Shown here: positions 1-14,216 of the stretch, piece by piece
Numbering within the stretch: position 1 is the first letter of the stretch
Layout of the letters: every line of letters begins with the position of its first letter
Made by a program: the position numbers and the translations under genes
Notes under the pieces: model-generated
What the model saw: only the letters and a program-made list of their open reading frames with translations
Told to the model about the DNA's origin: nothing
Database searches by the model: none
Source of the DNA: Antedon mediterranea
Taxonomy: Eukaryota > Animalia > Echinodermata
Direction: 5' to 3'
DNA: 64,000 nucleotides
Assembly (NCBI RefSeq): GCF_964355755.1
Contig: NC_092670.1
Location: forward strand, 18,400,795-18,464,794

Positions 1-1024
1 AACTCACAGGCGTTGCGTCTACGCGCCCGTATTACGTACCATGAGTAAACAAAGCTTCAACTTGATAGTACATAAACCTAAAGACAAGATTCTCTCATTT
101 TTGTGTGCTCTCATCTTCTAAATCCACCAAGAGACACACCTCTTATCGCCACCTTCAACATTCTTTCTTACATACCTAACTGAAATTGCGCATCAGCCAG
201 TTTCTTTAATGACATTCAATCAACGTTTCCTAATAATGAACAACTGATATACTGATATGTACTATCACACGGAATACGTGATAAATTTCTTTTGTGCTAC
301 TCCAAGTTACCAACCATGTTAGGTATCAATTGACGCACTCTATCGTTCGAACACTTTAAGTAACCAATGTTTTGTTTTTATTTGCAGAAGCATACGTGTG
401 AATTGTACCGTAGTATTTCCATTAACAAGTCATGTATTTATTTTATTCCTCATTAAATTATAATATGATAAATCACATTCAGTACTGATTTTAACAATGG
501 ACCACAGATACACATTAGGTAAAAACCTAAATAAAGATTTTAATAGAAAAAAAGGGAATTACCAGACAAACTCCATAGAAATTAATAGTTAACAGCCTGA
601 GTTCAAGAAAATATTGTTTAGCCTACACATTCTTTTTAATATTGATGTGAACTTTCAGCAAATACTGCAGTGAACTGTTTCTGTAATGTATGTTGGTTTA
701 TAGATAAAATAACAATAAATATATCCAGATACTAATAGTATAGTATTTAAAATGATTAAATCATAATGATTCGAATTGTATTCGCACACGCGGTCTTACA
801 AACCATTGGAATGCTGATTATTATCTACCGATTCTTCTCAGATCGTTTCGTACCGCAAATTCTTTTTTCTCCCTCAGGCAGATACCTCCGAACCCGTTGT
901 CTTGGGATTTTAAACCATGACTAATCTTAATACAGAAATAGACACACTGATCTTTATTTAAGTGACGAGTAACTGTTCTTGATGAATCTATGACCGATCA
1001 TCCTACTTTGTTGGCCTATAGGAT

Positions 1025-1350
1025 TAAGAATGCTAGGCCTATCATGGTATCACAACTCCCATCATTTGCAGTGGGGTTTCTGTATCTGTGAGCCTTGAGC
1101 ATTGTTAGGCCCACAATCGATATTATTAATCAATAATATGTCACTACCACTTCTATTTACCACGTGTGTATATTAAATATACTTGGCATGTATCATACTT
1201 GGCATGCCTAAGAATGTTAAGCCTATGATATGTCATCATCACTCCCATCACCTGCAGTGGGTTTTCGGTTAAAACTATAACTTTGAGCATTTTTAGGCCC
1301 ACAATTGATAGATCAATATGATACCACTTCAAAATTACCACGTATGTGCG
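1025..1350 (+). repeat. Diverged tandem duplication, period ~180 bp
   Basis: TAAGAATG..ACTCCCATCA..TGCAGTGGG..TTGAGCATT..TAGGCCCACAAT..TACCACTTC..TTACCACGT occurs twice (~1025-1170, ~1209-1350). Confidence 0.8.
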
Positions 1351-2786
1351 TACCTAATAAAACACCGGCGTTTTTGTGTGTAAATGGATTTTTGCTAGGC
1401 GATGTGAAAAAGGTAGTGGTGTATCAAGCTAGCAATGTGTCACACAGTCACATAGACATTATAACGTTTTACCCAATCTTTAAGAACGTTATTAATTGTT
1501 CCTATGATACAGTTGTACCATGTGATGAATACATACCGATGTATCGTGGAAATATCCTAAGATACTGAAATAAAATAATATACACTACGTATGAATCGGT
1601 CGATCGTGTGAACGCAACCGTCAAGTGTGCCTCTTCTTGGTCTCACTGACGAATTATGCAAATTATTTCTTAATGGAAGAGATATGTGAAGAGGATAATC
1701 ATCTTAACACACCCAGGATAAAAAGAAAACTGAAAGTGTAAAAGCTAAATGACAAAGCAATAACCATGATTGAGCTTGGAGTCAAGTCATGATAAAAATC
1801 AGAAAGAAGGATACATTTAATAACATTTCATAAAACATTTCTTAACAATCTAATCTGATCAAGCTAGCGCGTTCCGGTTGTCAGTTTATGATTATAAAGA
1901 TGATACAGATGTAATGAAACTATTGTGATCTAAACAGAGCGTCACGTGTCATCGCGAAGAGTGTGGACATTGGCGATGTTCGGCTGTTGGATACGCTCAC
2001 GCGAGTAAGCTGTGCTTTCGTTCGAAAAAAAATATTAGTTCGGCGAATCGATTTCTCGTCGAGTATAGTATAAAATGAGCTTTTGGCGTAATAGATAAGG
2101 CAACGATTAACGCACAACACAACAATATGAGGTACGGTCCTGGTCGTATAAAATCGAAAGCTCCCTGTTGTAATGTGAAAAAAATGATGGTGATGGTGGA
2201 TGGTTGATGATAATGATGACAGCACGCCTTTTGTACGGGTTCCTCAACTTTGCGCCTATCGTGCTGTTAACTATAATAAAAGATGAAATTGCAACATATT
2301 GCTAAAAAGCAACCAATGTGAAGATGTTTACCTGTTTGTTGTTGAAAGGTAATCGTTTAATTGACTTAATCACACTGGGAAATCATAGTTACCATATAAA
2401 TCACGATTCTATTCGCTTATACAATCTTAAGTCCCTGATGGCGTTACTCATAAATCCTTGATATAAAAGTGGAATAACCGGAGTAATGAATTTCCTTTGA
2501 ACTCTCATAACATGGATATATACGGGAATTAGTTTAGAACAAATTGCTCCATGGCTGATATGACTTTTTATTAATTGGAATATACTCTAATAATAATAAT
2601 AATAGTAATTCCCTACTGTTGTTACAGTACCGTAGTACCCTATTAGAACTCTAGGCTCCTTTGGCACTTAACAATACGTTATTTCCTATCTCATGTAACA
2701 GGACCATGTTGCTCACTGAAATAATTAAATAGGTTAAGCCCTTTTGCTGAATATCTTTTAACTTTCGGTAGCGAAGAAAGGAATCT

Positions 2787-2884
2787 GGGACGTTTCGGCC
2801 CAGGAAAAATTCGGCCCAGCTTTTGAGGGGACGATTCGGCCCACTTGTGGACCGAATCATCCCGGGTCGAATCGTCCCGCTTTC
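2787..2884. repeat. Mini foldback element of GACGATTCGGCCC units (3 direct plus 2 inverted)
   Basis: GGGACGTTTCGGCCC, AATTCGGCCC and GGGACGATTCGGCCC, followed by GGACCGAATCATCCC and GGTCGAATCGTCCC. Confidence 0.6.
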
Positions 2885-4239
2885 AAAGAAAGTAGTCACT
2901 CGTAAAATTTGGACTATCAAATAAATGTGCAGTAGTTCAAATTACAATTATGTGTCATGACCTAATTTAAGTAAAATGTCTTTGCGCGAATAGGTACCAT
3001 TTTATATAAGAAAGTAGATTTCTTTTTTTTACAGGCCTGTCTTTAAACGGTTCATCCGCCAAGCTGACAGATTACGCCGATTAATAGTGAACTCACCATG
3101 GCCTACCACTATTTCTGTATAATGTTGATTTTAAATGATTTATTGATTTTAATGAGAAGTTACATAGTTTCCGTTGTCGAGAACGGTGTTGAAATGATGT
3201 AAGAACAGTCTTGTAATTACTTCGGACAAGCAATAATATTAGCTGTATACACTTTCTTTGCAATCAAAATCAAGCGCCTCTTCGACAAATAGGTTGGTAT
3301 ATGTATTCAATGCATGGTTTACTTTAAGTTTAACCTGTCGTTTCAAATCAAACGTCTGCCGAAAAATAAAACAAAATATTTATATTTAAACCAGTTTCAG
3401 CAATCTAGTTTTCCCTGCTGATCAAAATATGCGATCGTTTTTTTCTCGCTCCGTTATTTCTTCCCGGTCCACTATCTGTTGACTTGCGTATGCATCTCAA
3501 CTAGGCCTAAATTTTGAATCTCTTCACTCGTACAGTAGTTTTAAACTCGACTAACCTTAGGCCAACATGTTTTCATGTTTGTGATCACACGTAGCGATCA
3601 CGCTCTTTTTAGGCCACCGACTGGAATATGTATGGTTATTAATACCCTTAAGAACTGTGTTAAAAGATGTTAAGGTTTGCGAAGAACTGCATAAATGTAT
3701 GATATCTAAATTTCATAATCACATCTGTTAGAGCACGTAGTGTTTTGTCGGTATAGACGTGGGAATTCTGAACATGAATAGAGGCCATGGAAATATGTAG
3801 ACATTATTCTAAAATGTCTGAAATCTAAATTTGATTTAAAATTGCTTTTGATTACACGAGTAAAAAAACCACAGCACCTGTAGTCGCCTCCACGAAAAGA
3901 CACAACGTGTACGCGCGCGTACTAAAACCGTACCATTTTCATCAACGTTTGAACGCATGGGTCAAAGTGCGTAGAAAATTAAGAAGTCTATGTGGTTGTA
4001 ATAACGTCGTAACTGACGTCGCCTTGTGACTTTTTCTTCCTAGTTGTTTAGAATTCCAAGAATACCGTTGCTACAGTAATCCTAAGGTTTAAAGTCAAAA
4101 TAAAAAATAATTTTAATGTCTACACCATATTATATTGCTAACCCAACCACAAAATAGTTTACATTTACAAAATTTTTTTTTATAAAGGAAAGATAAACCG
4201 AATTGGTGATTGTCACTCATTCCTATTCATTCAGTCATA

Positions 4240-4280
4240 TTCTTTCTTTCTTTCATTCAGTCATATTCTCTCTTTCTTTG

Positions 4281-4349
<69 letters not shown>

Positions 4350-4366
4350 GTCCTTCTTTCTTTTCT

Positions 4367-4397
<31 letters not shown>

Positions 4398-4500
4398 GTC
4401 CTTCTTTCTTTCCTTCTTTCTTTTCTTTCTTTCCTTCTTTCCTTTCTTTCCTTCTTTCTTTCTGTCTTTTGTTCTTTCTTTCTTTCGTTCTTTCTTTCTT
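4240..4500. repeat. (TTTC)n microsatellite
   Basis: ~260 bp of imperfect TTTC; explains five overlapping low-complexity ORFs. Confidence 0.97.
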
Positions 4501-4554
4501 TGTGTAAAAGCATTATAAAAAGAAAACATCGTTGTCGTCATCGTCAATAATCAT

Positions 4555-4612
4555 ATACCCGGTCGTCATCGTCAACAATACCCGGTCGTCATCGTCAACA
4601 ATACGCGGTCGT
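4555..4612 (+). repeat. 23-bp tandem repeat CCCGGTCGTCATCGTCAACAATA (~2.5 copies)
   Basis: Direct repeats at 4558, 4581 and 4604. Confidence 0.8.
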
Positions 4613-7600
4613 AATTGCATCATCATTATCACCGTCACTATTGGGCATTGATATCAATATTTAAATTATTAATTCATGATGTCATCTTCACACAGATACG
4701 TATCACAGTTATCATGACCTATAATCATCATAATCATTAAACAAGTTATATTGTTGTAGTCCTATGCTCAAGAATAGTATTTCTATTTCAATGCACATTA
4801 TGGCTGTTTTTTGTTTTTAAGCAATTCCTTTGATTTTGTGACATATACGAGTTATGAAATTAATCAAGCGACTAACTTTTATCCGGTGAATATCTTGTAA
4901 TTACAGATCTCAAGAATGACACAGAATTTTATTGAAACCATATGTAATATTTTCCAATATTTCTAAAAATAGGTGTCATTTTCGTTAAAATTGTTTGCCC
5001 CGCTCAAAAATAATTTCAGGGTCTATACTCTATTTTTGTTCAAGTTTGACACAAACGAAAAGTTTCAAAGCTGTTACAGTAACCATAATCATATTATTTG
5101 AAAACGTATTCACACACACTTGCATCCCCGAACTTGTCATTGTTATTGTAATTTATTGATGCAAGTCCTGTTCAGCTTCTTCGTCCTGTCAAATCAACGT
5201 ATATATGTTAATCCGTGACTTTCTGAGCTTGAACGCGTTTAACGCGTTTAATACAATATAAAAACGCATTTCACGCTCATCACGCTTAGTAAAGTATACG
5301 CAGTAAAAGCAGCAATGATGACGTGCATTTTTCGTTTACAATAGTGACAACTTCACTATTTTTATATTATTGTACGTAGGTCGTTAGTACTCAAGTCATA
5401 GAACTTGTCCTCTGGGAAAGTAAAACATGTGCATTTCATTTCCATTGCTTGCCAATCCACAGAACTGCTTCTACATTCAACGATATGTAAGTAATTACCG
5501 ATAGAGGTTAACGCATGACATACAACCAGAAATCAATTAGTCTTGTAATCTCCATCCGTTTTGGGGAAGACCATTGAAAGGGAAAACCCGAAAGCTGCCT
5601 CTAGACTGCTTGGCGCCTCTTTTATAAACGTCATACTACAAAATGTCAATAAAACCACGTGTGTAGAAATAAACACTTTATTTTAGTTTTTGCCATACAT
5701 TTTGCTACACGTATCCAATTTGTTTATGAAACTGTATTTAGCAGCAAGTTTTAATTTGTCAAATGTAGAGAGTTCATTAAAGGTTCATATCAAAAACACC
5801 GGAAAACGGTTTCGAATAAAGGCTAATTATACTGGATCTGATATTGCAAAAGTTCTTTTAACTTTAGACAGTTTATACCAATCACAACTGAGTATAATAA
5901 TTACATTAAACGTCATTGTATTTAAAAGTGACAATTCATTCATTAACAATTAGATACATTTTAACATATTTGGTACACTAGCAAACTTTTGTTTGCAAAA
6001 CATAACAAAATCGCAGTTTGCAGACTAGTTTGTAAAATCTAGGCCTATGTCTGCACTTGGAAAACAAAAGTTAAAGATAAAGTTTGGTAAATGCTATGAG
6101 AGTCTACATTAGGTAACTTCGCAACCAATTGTGTGCTAGTGTAGCCTATCTTTAAGACCCTTAAGTTTGCATCTTTAAAAAATTCCCTTCACATATTTAG
6201 TTAAGTTTTCTGGAAATCCTAGATTGATGGAACTACGAGGCGTCACGTTTTAACAAATAATTTATCAGTTATATTTGATTATACGTTGCGCCTCATACAA
6301 AACTAGATTATGATTTATCCTTTCTAATCTATTTTTTTAATATCATCGAGCAAACAACTATTGTTCTTACAAAGATTATCAACCTGCCCTTTACATGGGT
6401 TTCGTTTTTTCCGCAGCTGTCAATTCCTGTAGAAGTTCATTTACCGAAATCGACAAACGAAACACAATTGTTCCTGAGATATAATGTAATGGGAAATAAC
6501 ACATTTACACCCGCAGTGACAACGGAAACAATCGTGGATGTCTATCATGGGTTTGTCATATAGTCAGGCCAGAGTATATTCCTCGATTTTTTTTCTTTTA
6601 AATACTTTTAGCATTGATTGTTGTACCACCGGAGAGAAGACATTATTTTTTCACATGGTATCGCCGATTTGTTGTTGTTGCTTAAGTTTATTTTTGTATT
6701 GTAGGCTAAGCAATTAAAAAGCAACAATAGGCCTACATAAAGAGTTTTATTTGACAATATATACGGTTATCTATTCTTATTAATATTAAGATTTTAGATA
6801 ATCACACTGTAAATTATGTCATACGGTATGAAGGAGGTATACGGTACGGTACCTCCCTGGTATGAATGTATTTTTAAAACTACAAACTTTAAAACAAGAC
6901 GGCAGAATTGAAACATTAAATCGCGATCAAAGCTTCAGTTATTAGTGGTCAACGACGCTTTAGGGGCGAATAGTCATCGCGATATCTCATCATCAAAGGC
7001 TAGGCTTGTAAGGAATTTACTCGAGGGACGGCCAAGTCAATCACCACAACCAAGAAAATAAAAAAAATTATGATCGCTGCAATTATTTCTGAGCAATTAG
7101 GTTTTTCGGATCATTGAACTACCTTCGATTTAAGCTAGTCGTTACCTGGTATCAAGAGGCTACTCGTAGTGTCTAGTTACCAACAAATTTCAAAATTAAA
7201 ATGTCATGATTGACTCCTTCTCTGGACCGTACAAGGAGTTCATCAGTTTTGCAATGTAATCGTTAACCTTTGAAACACGAACGCATTTCGTTTTATTGAG
7301 ATGGATTATTGTGATAAAACATTTAGAAAATAGAAAATCTCGCTGTAAAAAACATTCATTTTCTAATACTTTGATATACCACACACGAGAGAACAATTAA
7401 TTTGCTTACGACTAAAATTAAATCGAATATAGCATTATTCCAAGAGTTTTGTTTCGTTGTAAATCATGTTTTAGAAAATGTTAAGTTACTAAAACATGAC
7501 AGTAATGCAAAAATTGGCCTATTATTGCGATAAAAGTGGAACGAGCCCAAAAAATATAAAGAAATACTTTTTATGTTAATGTAAACCATTTTTGTCATTT

Positions 7601-8394
7601 TATCAAATTCACATGAATATAATACAAAATGATTGACTGATTGATATTAAACACAGAAAAGACACAACAATTAAGGGTAAAATTGTTAAATCTGTTTAAC
7701 GTTCCAATCTTTGTTTATGTTATTGTTGCTTATTTGAATTTATTGTTATAGTTTATTATGTTTAGATTCAACCTGTTAGTGGCGGTTTCATCGCTGTTGG
7801 TTGTGAACTGAATAAAAAAAATATATTCATTTCATATAAATAAGATCTTGTTCCAAGCCGTATTTCATCTAAATTTGGCGTTGCAGCAACACTCTATAAT
7901 ATTATTTCTATGATATGACATTCAAAATATTTCTAGGCCTTGTAGAAGTCTTTGATTACAATTGATACCACATGATGACAGTGCAATTAAAACTGATGAG
8001 TTCACTTTGGCACGTTCATAGTGACGTCTTCATATGGATTTTAAAAAGTGATTTACTTTTTAATGTTCAATTCAAATGAGCGTTGATAAAAATAATATCC
8101 CAGACAAGGTTATTAACCTAATAATCAGACACTTATCAACAATCTAATAATACATTTTATTTATTATTTTAAGAGTCGCAATGGTTCATTGCACACAGCA
8201 TTCTTAGGCCTATTGGAAATTAGGTCATGTAAAAACGGAATAAAATTAAATTTATTGGTTCACTGGTAAACGGTAATCCGTCATAAACTATGGCATATCA
8301 TAACTACATTGAGAATCATTTATGGTATAATTAAATTACAGAATCTTATGGAATTTTGTTTTCTTAATATGTACTGTATTTAATAGTTGATTTT

Positions 8395-8637
8395 ATTTGT
8401 TGTACATTCACAACAAGTAAGATAGGGAGCAGAGTGACTTCAGAAATCACATAGAAATTAGGGCAAAAAAAAAGTGTTTTACTTCTCCCTCATTAAATTG
8501 TAGGGCCACATGCCCTTAAAAATCATCTTAATATGATATACTGTAGGCCTATTTTATATATGTATTTTGCTGTACAATCACATACAAGTAACATAGGGAG
8601 CAAAATGACTTCAGAAATCACATACAAATTAGGGCCA
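8395..8637 (+). repeat. Direct repeat of ~75 bp, spacing ~170 bp
   Basis: TGTACA.TCACA..ACAAGTAA.ATAGGGAGCA.A.TGACTTCAGAAATCACATA.AAATTAGGGC at ~8402 and ~8571. Confidence 0.8.
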
Positions 8638-10712
8638 AATAAAACAATTGTTGTTCATATTCAGAGAAAAATTGAAATCATTAACTGGTAATCGTATTTT
8701 CATAATGATCATTCTTGTATTTATTCACATATAATATAATACAATACAAAAAACCCACCAAAAATTGAATTGAAGATCGACCGCGGCCTTATTACAACAT
8801 TCAGATCCCCGATGTAAAACTTAACAGTATTGTTTTATTACTACTTAGGCCTACAATGTTTTTAATAGAAACCTGAATGATTTTTAATACAAAAATCGAC
8901 ACAAACTATTTGTTTTGTATTATAAAGACAAGAATGATAATTATGAAACTACGATTAAAAATTAATGATTCTTTCAATTTTTCCTCTCTATGTTACTTGA
9001 TGTGAATGTACAGCAAATAAAATGAATTAAAACAAAGTTTTACGGTGTAATAAATAGATCCAAGTATAAAGGATAAAATATTAAAAGGTTGCAATGAACA
9101 CATTGAAGCAATTAAGACATTATGGTGAACAGGTTTGAATACAGGTGATCGGCAGGTACTTTGATGACGGAAAATGATGGACCGGATGATGAACCGGCGG
9201 TCAGTTTATGCTTTGTAGTGATTTAAAAAAAAAATCCCAATATTCACAAGTAAATCGATCACCATTTGTAAGAAGAACTAAAGTCAGATCATCGAAAGTG
9301 ATTTTGGTTGTTTGTGGTCAGTTATTCAGAACATGCTGGTGAAACAGGACCTCCGTGGACAAGAAGATTAGCTATTCTGCTTGGGTGGGCCGCAATTTTA
9401 TCCCTCCCCCTCCTCGCGGTCCAACCACCTTATTCACTGTATCGATCCAACATAAGATAAGAAAGGTTATGATACGCGCAACTCAAATATTCAACCAATC
9501 ACATTCGATAGTCGAATGATTTGTCAATCAACTTGGTTTGAATAGATATTTCTATTCTTGTCTTTAAACAAATGTGAACCATTTTGACTTTTTTTTCTTA
9601 TTCTTAATCTAAAATGAGATAATGGGAATTTAACGTTGATTCGTGTTGTCATGTTATGCTCGTTGCTGTGAAAAGATAGCGGCAGGTGATTGATGGCTAC
9701 ATCTACCTGTACCTATTAATGAACATTAAAGTTCAAAACATGCCTCGCCTATTTTGTGACGTTTGAAACATTCTTACTAACACATGCCTAAGTCATTATG
9801 TTGTTCCTGTGAAATGAATTATTTTATTTGAATTTAATTAAGCATACAGCGTAAAAAATAGAGTTGATGAAAAAACACAAAACTTATTTTGCAGATTTGT
9901 AAATACCACCCAATAGTAAACCTTTGTATAATTGTACGCCATTACTACAATTTCAATTTATCTGACTAAACATAACAACTACAAAACCCAAATCGATTGT
10001 TGTTGTTTTACGAGATTTTTTTACACATTATTTTGTATACAACTTTATAACAAAAAGCACAGCAGAAACAGACCCTTAGGCGCGGGATTGGTTGAAGCGT
10101 AACATAGCATCAAAACAAAAGCAGAATAGTATTTGGATGTATGTTCACTCTTCCCTGGTTTAGCTAAGTTTGCAACGAAACATATATTACATATATTTTG
10201 TATGATAATTGATAGATTGAAAGATGACAATTATTTTGAAATTATCTTCGACCACAAATCCTGATAAACATGATGAGTAAGTGAATCTGAATGTTCAAAA
10301 TCCTGTTTAAGAAACAGTAGGACCTCTTGTCTTTTAATTATCAGTTTAATCATTTAAGATGGTGGATAGCTGGTGGCTTAATCATGGGCCACACACCCAC
10401 CATCATGCACCCACTACATCGTCTGCTAGCTACATCATCATTAAATACCTTATCTTGAGGATTACTCAATTGTCCTTGTAAACGGCGATCATTCAGCCGA
10501 TTTATTGGTTTTATTCACCTGAGTTTCTCAGGTGTACAATGATTTATTGACAGATTAATATTCCAACTGTTGAATACATCTTTTACTAAGAACATTATAC
10601 ATCGGTGCTTTAAGTTGTACAGCTCCCTGGTTTGATTGAATACAATGTATGGTAACGAATATAAATAGGCCTAGTAAAAATGAAGAAAATTTTGATTCCA
10701 AATCAGTTTTAA

Positions 10713-10815
10713 ATTAACATATTTTCAGTAGCTTCAAAATCTGTCAATTATTTTTAATTAACATATTTTCAGTAGCTTCAAAATCTGTCAATTATTTTTA
10801 ATTAACATATTTTCA
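10713..10815 (+). repeat. ~44-bp tandem repeat (~2.4 copies)
   Basis: AATTAACATATTTTCAGTAGCTTCAAAATCTGTCAATTATTTTT repeated. Confidence 0.85.
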
Positions 10816-13800
10816 TAAAATTTATGTATAATGATACAAAAATTATTATTTTTTTTTAATCAAATTATGTTTATGCTATAAAATATATGTATTTAGTTTA
10901 AAAATAAATTATGAATTAAAAAAAAAAGAAGGTAAATACTCTAAACATAATATGTTTAACTGTAAATAAACAAAAAAAGTTAAGTTTTAAAAGATAATAA
11001 TGAAAAAGATGAACTCAGAAAGAACTGTACTGTAAAATTATTATATTATGTATTATGGAATAAAAGTGGGATGAACCCACGTAAGACAAAAAAACATATT
11101 TTTTCAGTAGCTTGACAATTCCTGTCTTTTGCAATATGTCTCCACCTGGGCCATTGGAGCTGCATGATTATTAAGTATCAATATACAATATATATATAAC
11201 GTATGTTCACATAAATAAAATTGATAAATACCAATTATAAATTTAAAAGGTGATATTATAGACGTTGTTACTATTATAATGCATCATATTTTTTGGGTTG
11301 TTGTAATCAGGAGGCTTAGGCCTACTACATTTATTCGTACAAAGATATAAAACATGTATATGTATTACCAATGAGGCTGTCGAAGTATGCTTTTTTTTCT
11401 TGCTGTAGGTAGTAAGATTCAATCGGCAAGGGTAAGATAAAATCACAAAAACAAAATTGTTCGCGGAAGTTAGTGTAGCGCAACAACTATTAACTTGACC
11501 ATGTAATAAGAAGTAATAAACATGGTATTTCCACCAAGGAAATCTTTCCAATAACAATGGAGTTTGTGTAACCGGTAATTTCTTCGACAAGGGAAAAGTT
11601 AGAGTTGTTTTTTAAGTGTACCCAACTTTATTTTTGTGTGTTTTGTTCTGTTACAAATATAATTTATTACATTTATTATAATTGAATTTTGCATTATACT
11701 TGAACGTTACAAATAGTGTTTAACAATTTTGCTTTGAATTAGAAATTATGCAAATGTTATCAGCTGTTGGTAGCCCTCATTGATTTCTAATCAGAATGGT
11801 TCAAAATTTGAACTGGGATGTCATTACAATACATTTTGACGTAATCACTAATGATCGGTGTCCTGGCCTGGGTTCAGGTATCTGACTGCTCCTACGACCC
11901 GAACCAGCAGGAAATCCCTTAGTCATGTCCCCTCTCTAGGGACAATCCTTAACAACCTTTCACATAAGCCATATAAATATCACCCAGGTAATCCCGAACA
12001 ATAGCCTTCCTATGATCTCAATTGCAGGAAATACCCGCCTTAAGACAACTTGTGCTATTCGTGTCATGATTGGCCTAGATTGGCTTAGGGTACCTCTTCA
12101 CTTGTGCTTGACAGCCGAGGTAACGTCAATGGCTGACGTGGCGCCAGGCTGTCTAGCAAGCCAGGTTAGCTCTCAGAACAGCAGAAACCTGAATCATTTC
12201 CTGATTTTAACTCACTTAAATCTCCCCTGAGGGCTATTTCCTTTGTTTTGAAGCCCTACCATTTTGTTGTTTTGCTGCTCACTATTGATATCTGTAAAAA
12301 CCAGATTATTAATTTGACGATCATAAATGACTAATATATTATATAACTCCCATGTGTTGAAAACAATATTTTTCATTTTCACTAAATATTTAAGTCAACA
12401 GAAAGCGACCAAAACTAATATTTCATCTTCTTATAGTGAATCAACTTAACAGTCAACATAATGTTTTTCGCAAACGAAATCTTTCAAATATAATCTTATT
12501 TGATGTACATCTGTCAAACGTATATATTAATGGAGATACAATTACGAAGCAATAATGTAATAACAACATTCTCCCACACATTTTAACCATAGAGAATTGA
12601 GTCCTTTAACTTTCTTTAAACATTATTATGCCTAGATAATCCGCGAATGGCTTTAATAATTTACATTCATTCAAACATTTTAATTGTGTTATAATATCGA
12701 GATTACAAATCTTAAATTAGTGACGTTTAAATATCAGAATTAGTTATAATTAATGTTTAATATCATTTTGTATTTATTTCATATTTTTAATAATAATACC
12801 TGGACAGGTTATCTAAGTTTAAAATAAATAAAGTTAAAAGAGAAATACATCTAAATGTATCGTGCTTATAAATGATTTGAGGTTTAAGGGGTGGAATAAA
12901 AAAAGTCTAATGTTGAGTTGTGGTACATCAGCAGGATCGAACTCTGGACCTTGGAATTGGAAAGCAAGCCCATTAATCCCGATGGAAATAAGCTCCTAAA
13001 TTAATTTTGGGCTATTATGGAAAATCTTCCTAAATGTTATTCTGTAGTTTAAAGTAATGTTATGACTTTATATACTGCATTTTTTAGATTTTCCAAATGA
13101 ATCCCAATCAAATCACATTAATAATATTAATGGTTGAATAGTATTACTGTGGGCCTATTATCTGTCTATATTAACTTCTCCAACAAAACTCCGATACTGT
13201 TGAAATGTGTAATTACACTTAATTACACACACTGGATAGAGAGACTAGTACGGAGTCTGTTATATGTTTCTTTAAACTAGGTCAGTTTACATGAAAGACC
13301 TGGATATTAAAATTAAAGATGGCAGTTAAAATCTTCCGAAAGACTAATTTCAGGAACACGTTTGAATGAAGGAAGGAAGAGGCTGGAAGATTGAGTCTTT
13401 AAGTTTTCTCAAACTGTCTCATGTACCAGTAGTTGCCAACTTATATTGATTGTGTAACTGACAAAGCAATGACAGAAAATACTGTAAGAACTAACTCAAG
13501 TGACGCCCCTTTAGCACTTACTTTGGCCATCATTGAAATTAACTCTAATTAAAATTGGTTATTTAAAACGAATTTGTCTCTGAATCACTATATAAATCAA
13601 TGCCATTCATTTGGATTAGTTGCATGAGACAGTTCTGTAACGTACATATTTTTTGTTATTCTTAAAGTTTGGTTTCCACTCTGGTTGTTGGACGCAACGT
13701 AACATAGGTACAACGCGAGTTAGTTGACCAATCACAAGCGATAGTTTAGAAATCAAAATTCATTGTAGCCTAAATCATTCATTTAAGATGTTTTCCCCTC

Positions 13801-14216
13801 AAAACATGAAATTATAAGGATGAATAAAATCTGTTAGTAAGTCACTAAAAAATATATATACTTTCGCCGAAAAACAAAAAATCGCAGATTTCGATTATAA
13901 AAACAAGATAAAGAGGTAATGGTTATACCATATATAGTTAGGCCTATATAATATAACTAGCACCCATTTACTTCCAGACATGTACTATTTTTCCCTTTAA
14001 AGTTTAAATTACGTTTTTTATCTTAGGATATTTTATGGATCATTTTTATTTGTGTGTAAAGCACTGTAGACCTATACATAAGAATACCATTATTATTATT
14101 ATTTTATCATGTAACTATTTAGAAAGATATTATCTGACAATAAAATAGTGATGATCAAATTCGTAAAAAATCCACTACTTCTCTAAGTTTAATCTTTCTG
14201 AGGTTATTTACATTTA

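Noticed and set aside
4203-4550. Five overlapping ORFs rich in F/L/S or K/E/R
   Set aside because: Translations of the (TTTC)n microsatellite.
7990-8035. CTGATGAG suggesting a hammerhead ribozyme
   Set aside because: No GAAA after a closing stem II and no stems I/III.
12925-12990. tRNA-like B box (GTTCGATCC on the minus strand); a similar remnant at 54245-54315
   Set aside because: No cloverleaf can be built; probably decayed SINE heads, not tRNA genes.
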